Source: Octopus vulgaris (lineage: Eukaryota). Taken from it: a stretch of 64,000 nt of DNA. The notes under the pieces are model-generated. The model ran no database searches. It was not told the origin of the DNA and saw nothing but the letters and a program-made list of their open reading frames with translations. The position numbers and the translations under genes were made by a program. How positions within the stretch are numbered: position 1 is the stretch's first letter; every line of letters starts with the position of its first letter. Shown in pieces: positions 60,106 through 64,000 of the stretch. The stretch lies in contig OX597834.1 of the NCBI GenBank assembly GCA_951406725.2, forward strand, positions 17,298,001 through 17,362,000, given 5' to 3'.

Positions 60106-60528
60106 GTTTAACTGGTGCTTACAAGTATGCCCTGGTAGCTTGTACCACTTTTTTGCTACTTGCTTTTGGTGCCTTTGTAGCCATAGGTTGGCATGGATAC
60201 CCATCCTTTAAGCCGTAGCATAACTGGGGGAGGAGAGGGTGGTGCACCTTGGGTGACGTTTTTGTCAGGGGTAGCATTTCTGGCTTTGCTGCTTATAAGA
60301 CTGTATAGGTTTGGGGGCCCGAGGAAGGAGCAATAAAAAACAAGGGCTGTTCTGGCTTATGCCACTGCCTTATCAACCCTTTCATCCTGACCTTGCAGGA
60401 TATCAAGGATGTGACAGCTGGAAGGTGGCAAAGCTGCACTAGTAAGCTGGTACTCAGTTTCAGCTAAATAGACCAAAACGGTGCAAAATTTGGTAGACGA
60501 AAACTGAAAGAAGCCTGTCGTATATATG

Positions 60529-60565
<37 letters not shown>

Positions 60566-61344
60566 TTGTGTGTCTGTGTTTGTCCCCCTAGTATTGCTTG
60601 ACAACCGATGCTGGTCTGTTTACGTCCCCGTCACTTAGTGGTTCTGCAAAAGAGACCGATAGAATAAGTACTGGGCTTACAATGAATAAGTTCCTTGCTT
60701 AAGGACACATTGCCACCATCTGGTTCAGGAATTGAACCCACAACTTTATAATTGTTAGAGTAATACCCTAACCATCAGGTCAAGCACCTACTGTGTATTT
60801 ATCCACTCCTCCACAATATCATATCAGTGTCGTCGTGTCTTAACCCTCAGTATTCTGATTATTCTGTGAAATTTAATCCTTATGTATTAACATTGTTTTG
60901 AATTAACCATGCATCGTCTCATAGCCTTGAGATTTTGATGATGTAATTGTCTTTTTTTAGTTGGTGAGTTTTTGTTCTGTGACCTTAGCTTATCAGCCAG
61001 GTGTCCAGGACATCACGTATGATGCACTATATATGTGTGTGTGTATGTGGCCTAGTGGTTAAGATGTTGTACTCATGATTGCTAGATCATGGGTTTGATT
61101 CCCAGACTGGGCAGCATGTTGTGTTCTTGAACAAAATACAGCTGGATGCCCTTCCTAACGCCAACCACTCCAAGAGTGTAGTAGGTGCTTTTACGTGCCA
61201 CCAGCATGGGGGCTAGTCAGGCGGTACTGGCAACGACCTTGCTTGAATGTTTTTCACGTGCCAGTAAGGCGACACTGGTAATGATCAAGCTCGAATGGTG
61301 CCTTTTACATGCCACCAGCACAGAAGCCACACACACACACACAC

Positions 61345-61671
61345 ATGAGGGGGTATTGAAAAGTTCTTGGTTTTAAGGGTATTGGGAAAGACCTGGTTGG
61401 AGGCCCAACCTTCTGAGTTCTTTTACAAGGCTTAGAAAAATTGAAGGGCCACTGCAATAACCCTGTGAATCTAAGAGGTGAATATGTTGATTAAAATTAT
61501 ATTTAAATGGTGCAGGAGTGGCTGTGTGGTAAGTAGCTTGTTTACCAACCACATGGTTCCGGGTTCAGTCCCACTGCGTAGCACCTTGGGCAAGTGTCTT
61601 CTGCTATAGCCCCGGGCCGACCAATGCCTTGTGAGTGGATTTGGTAGACGGAAACTGAAAGAAGCTCGTCG

Positions 61672-61706
<35 letters not shown>

Positions 61707-61972
61707 ATGTTTGTGTGTCTGTGTTTGTCCCCCTAGCATTGCTTGACAACCGATGCTGGTGTGTTTATGTCCCCGTCACTTAGCGGTTCGGCAAAATAGA
61801 CCGATAGAATAAGTACTGGGCTTACAAAGAATAAGTCCCAGGGTCGAGTTGCTCGATTAAAGGCAGTGCTCCAGCATGGCCGCAGTCAAATGACTGAAAC
61901 AGGTAAAAAAAAAAGAAAGAAAAATGTATTTTCTTTTACCCAAACCCTGGAACTTTTCAGTACCCCATCATA
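61345..61972. mobile_element. Tc1/mariner-like MITE interrupted by a full-length SINE family A (61509-61910, +)
   Basis: gagggggtattgaaaagttc ... gaacttttcagtacccc; the halves match the reverse complement of 43567-43783. Confidence 0.75.
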
Positions 61973-62814
61973 TATATATATGTGTGTGTGTGCATGTATA
62001 TGAGAAAGAGTTTTAGATATTTTAGAAAATGTCATTATGGAAAGATGAGAGAATATGCATTGTTCTAAAAATATGTTACAGTGCTAAAGTGTCTTTTTTT
62101 TTAAATCTTAAATGTCAGCATCTGTTTTGGTTGTCATTTGAAATTAACTACCAGCCAACAGAAATGATTAATTTCCTTTTATCTTGTTTATCCAAGTTAT
62201 TATTTTACGTGTGGTGAAACAATGATTTATGTGGCTTCCATGATGTGGTGGTTTGGCTCTCGTCATCATCTTAACATCCACTTCTCCGTGCTTGCATGGG
62301 TCGGAGGGAATTTGTCGAGGTGGATTTTCTATGGTTGGATCCCCCCTCCTGATGTCAGCCCTCACCCATTTCCGTGCAAGCAATGCTAGGGGGACAAACA
62401 CAAACACACATATATACGACGGGCTTCTTTCAGTTTCCGTCTACCAAATCCACTCACAAGGCTTTGGTTGGCCCGAGGCTATAGTAGAAGACACTTGCCC
62501 AAGGTGCCACGCAGTGGGACTGAACCCGGAACCATGTGGTTGGTAAACAAGCTACTTACCACACAGCCAAAAAGTTTGTTTTTTTTTGGTTCCCCCCTCC
62601 CCCCCGGTGTTTTTGTGTGTCTTGTTAAAGTAGAAACTATCAGCTTAACTTTTCAATGCCAATTTGCTTAACTGAAACTACCTTTGCTTACATCAGACAA
62701 AAACCTCTAATTTTGAGGTGTTTACATTTAAATTAAAACATTCCGTTGTAATTTTATGCGAGGACATTTTTATTTAAATTCTCTTCCAAACACTATCCAG
62801 ACTATGACAAATAT

Positions 62815-63006
62815 TCTCTTTTACTTGTTTTAGTCATTTGACTGCGGCCATGCTGGAGCACCGCCTTTAGTCAAGCAAATCAACCCCGGGACTTATTCTA
62901 TCGGTCTCTTTTGCCAAACCGCTAAGTGACGGGGACGTAAACACAACAGCATCGGTTGTCAAGCAATGCTAGGGGGACAAACACAGACACAGACACACAA
63001 ACATAC

Positions 63007-63061
<55 letters not shown>

Positions 63062-63227
63062 TACGACAGGCTTCTTTCAGTTTCCGTCTACCAAATCCAC
63101 TCACAAGGCATTGGTCGGCCTGAGGCTATAGCAGAAGACACTTGCCCAAGATGCCACGCAGTGGGACTGAACCCGGAACCATGTGGTTGGTAAGCAAGCT
63201 ACTTACCACACAGCCACTCCTGCGCCT
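62815..63227 (-). mobile_element. SINE family A, near full-length
   Basis: Reverse complement of 6781-7182; another 5' half lies at 62375-62568 (-). Confidence 0.9.
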
Positions 63228-63473
63228 ATTGTTCGGTTATTTTCACTAAATCTCTCCAAATTCTTTGTTCACTGAAATGTATTGGCAAAATGTATTTTAC
63301 CGTCACCATCATCATCATCATCATCATCATTTAACATCTGTTTTCCCTGTTGGCTTGAGTCCGGAAAGTTTCATAGGATCCAACAAGCCACGGAGCTGTA
63401 TTGAGCTGCAGTGTCTGCTCTGGCATAATTTGTACAACTTGATACTGGCCCTTTCCTGAAGCCAACAATGTAA

Positions 63474-63694
63474 CCCTTTCGTTACCGTATTTATTTTGAG
63501 ATGCTCTGTGTTTCTTTCAATTTTTTTAAATATAACAAAGAATTTACTAAAATAACTTAGTTATCATTCAGCTAGTGTTAGGAACATAAATTGTGACTAA
63601 GGCTTGGTGGAATATTTTAATTCAAAACTTATGAAAACAAGATATTTGTACTACAGAGCCAGAGGTGGTTTCTGCTGGGTTGGTAACGAAAGGG
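63474..63694. mobile_element. piggyBac-like MITE
   Basis: TIRs ccctttcgttacc / ggtaacgaaaggg, flanked by gtaa and ttaa. Confidence 0.8.
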
Positions 63695-64000
63695 TTAACA
63701 GTGTGTACTGAGTGGTCTTTTTCGTGCCACTGGCACTAATGAGTGAAAAGGAAGGAAAAGAAGTCCATGTTTGTGTCTCCTTGGTTTTGATATTGCATGA
63801 TAGTTGTAAGTAAGTTGACATTGTCATACAAACTGTTACCATCTGTTTTCAGTATTCTGTGAAAACCTATCCGGCCATGAGGATATATTTCTCTGCTTAA
63901 AAATAGGTGAAGGTTGGCAACAGGAAGAGCATTCAGCCCTAGAAACTCTGCCCTAGTAAATAAACTCCATCTGACCCAAGTGAGCATGGAAAAGCAGATA

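Overview
AT-rich, microsatellite- and SINE-dense animal genomic DNA. The repeat landscape suggests an octopod cephalopod (inference). One complete protein-coding gene could be assembled by hand: a 14-coding-exon chitin synthase on the minus strand (ATG 26113 to TAG 2738, 4476 nt, 1491 aa). All introns are GT-AG with consistent phases, and the GEDRW, QRRRW and WGTRE motifs are intact. The rest is intronic or intergenic. It holds several tRNA-derived SINE families, RTE, CR1 and Tx1/L1 LINE fragments, a non-autonomous Helitron, and piggyBac-, hAT- and mariner-like MITEs. The most notable unexplained structure is a group of (TA)n-embedded fold-back elements at 45-58 kb, including a perfect 320-bp palindrome and a 4-kb inverted repeat. 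They carry minimal type I hammerhead ribozyme motifs on both strands, some with a compensatory U3-A8 core pair. The architecture fits Penelope-like element pseudo-LTRs. Nearly all ORFs in the supplied track other than the CHS exons and LINE fragments are microsatellite or SINE artefacts. Coordinates were counted by eye, and repeat boundaries are approximate unless a TSD or TIR is given.
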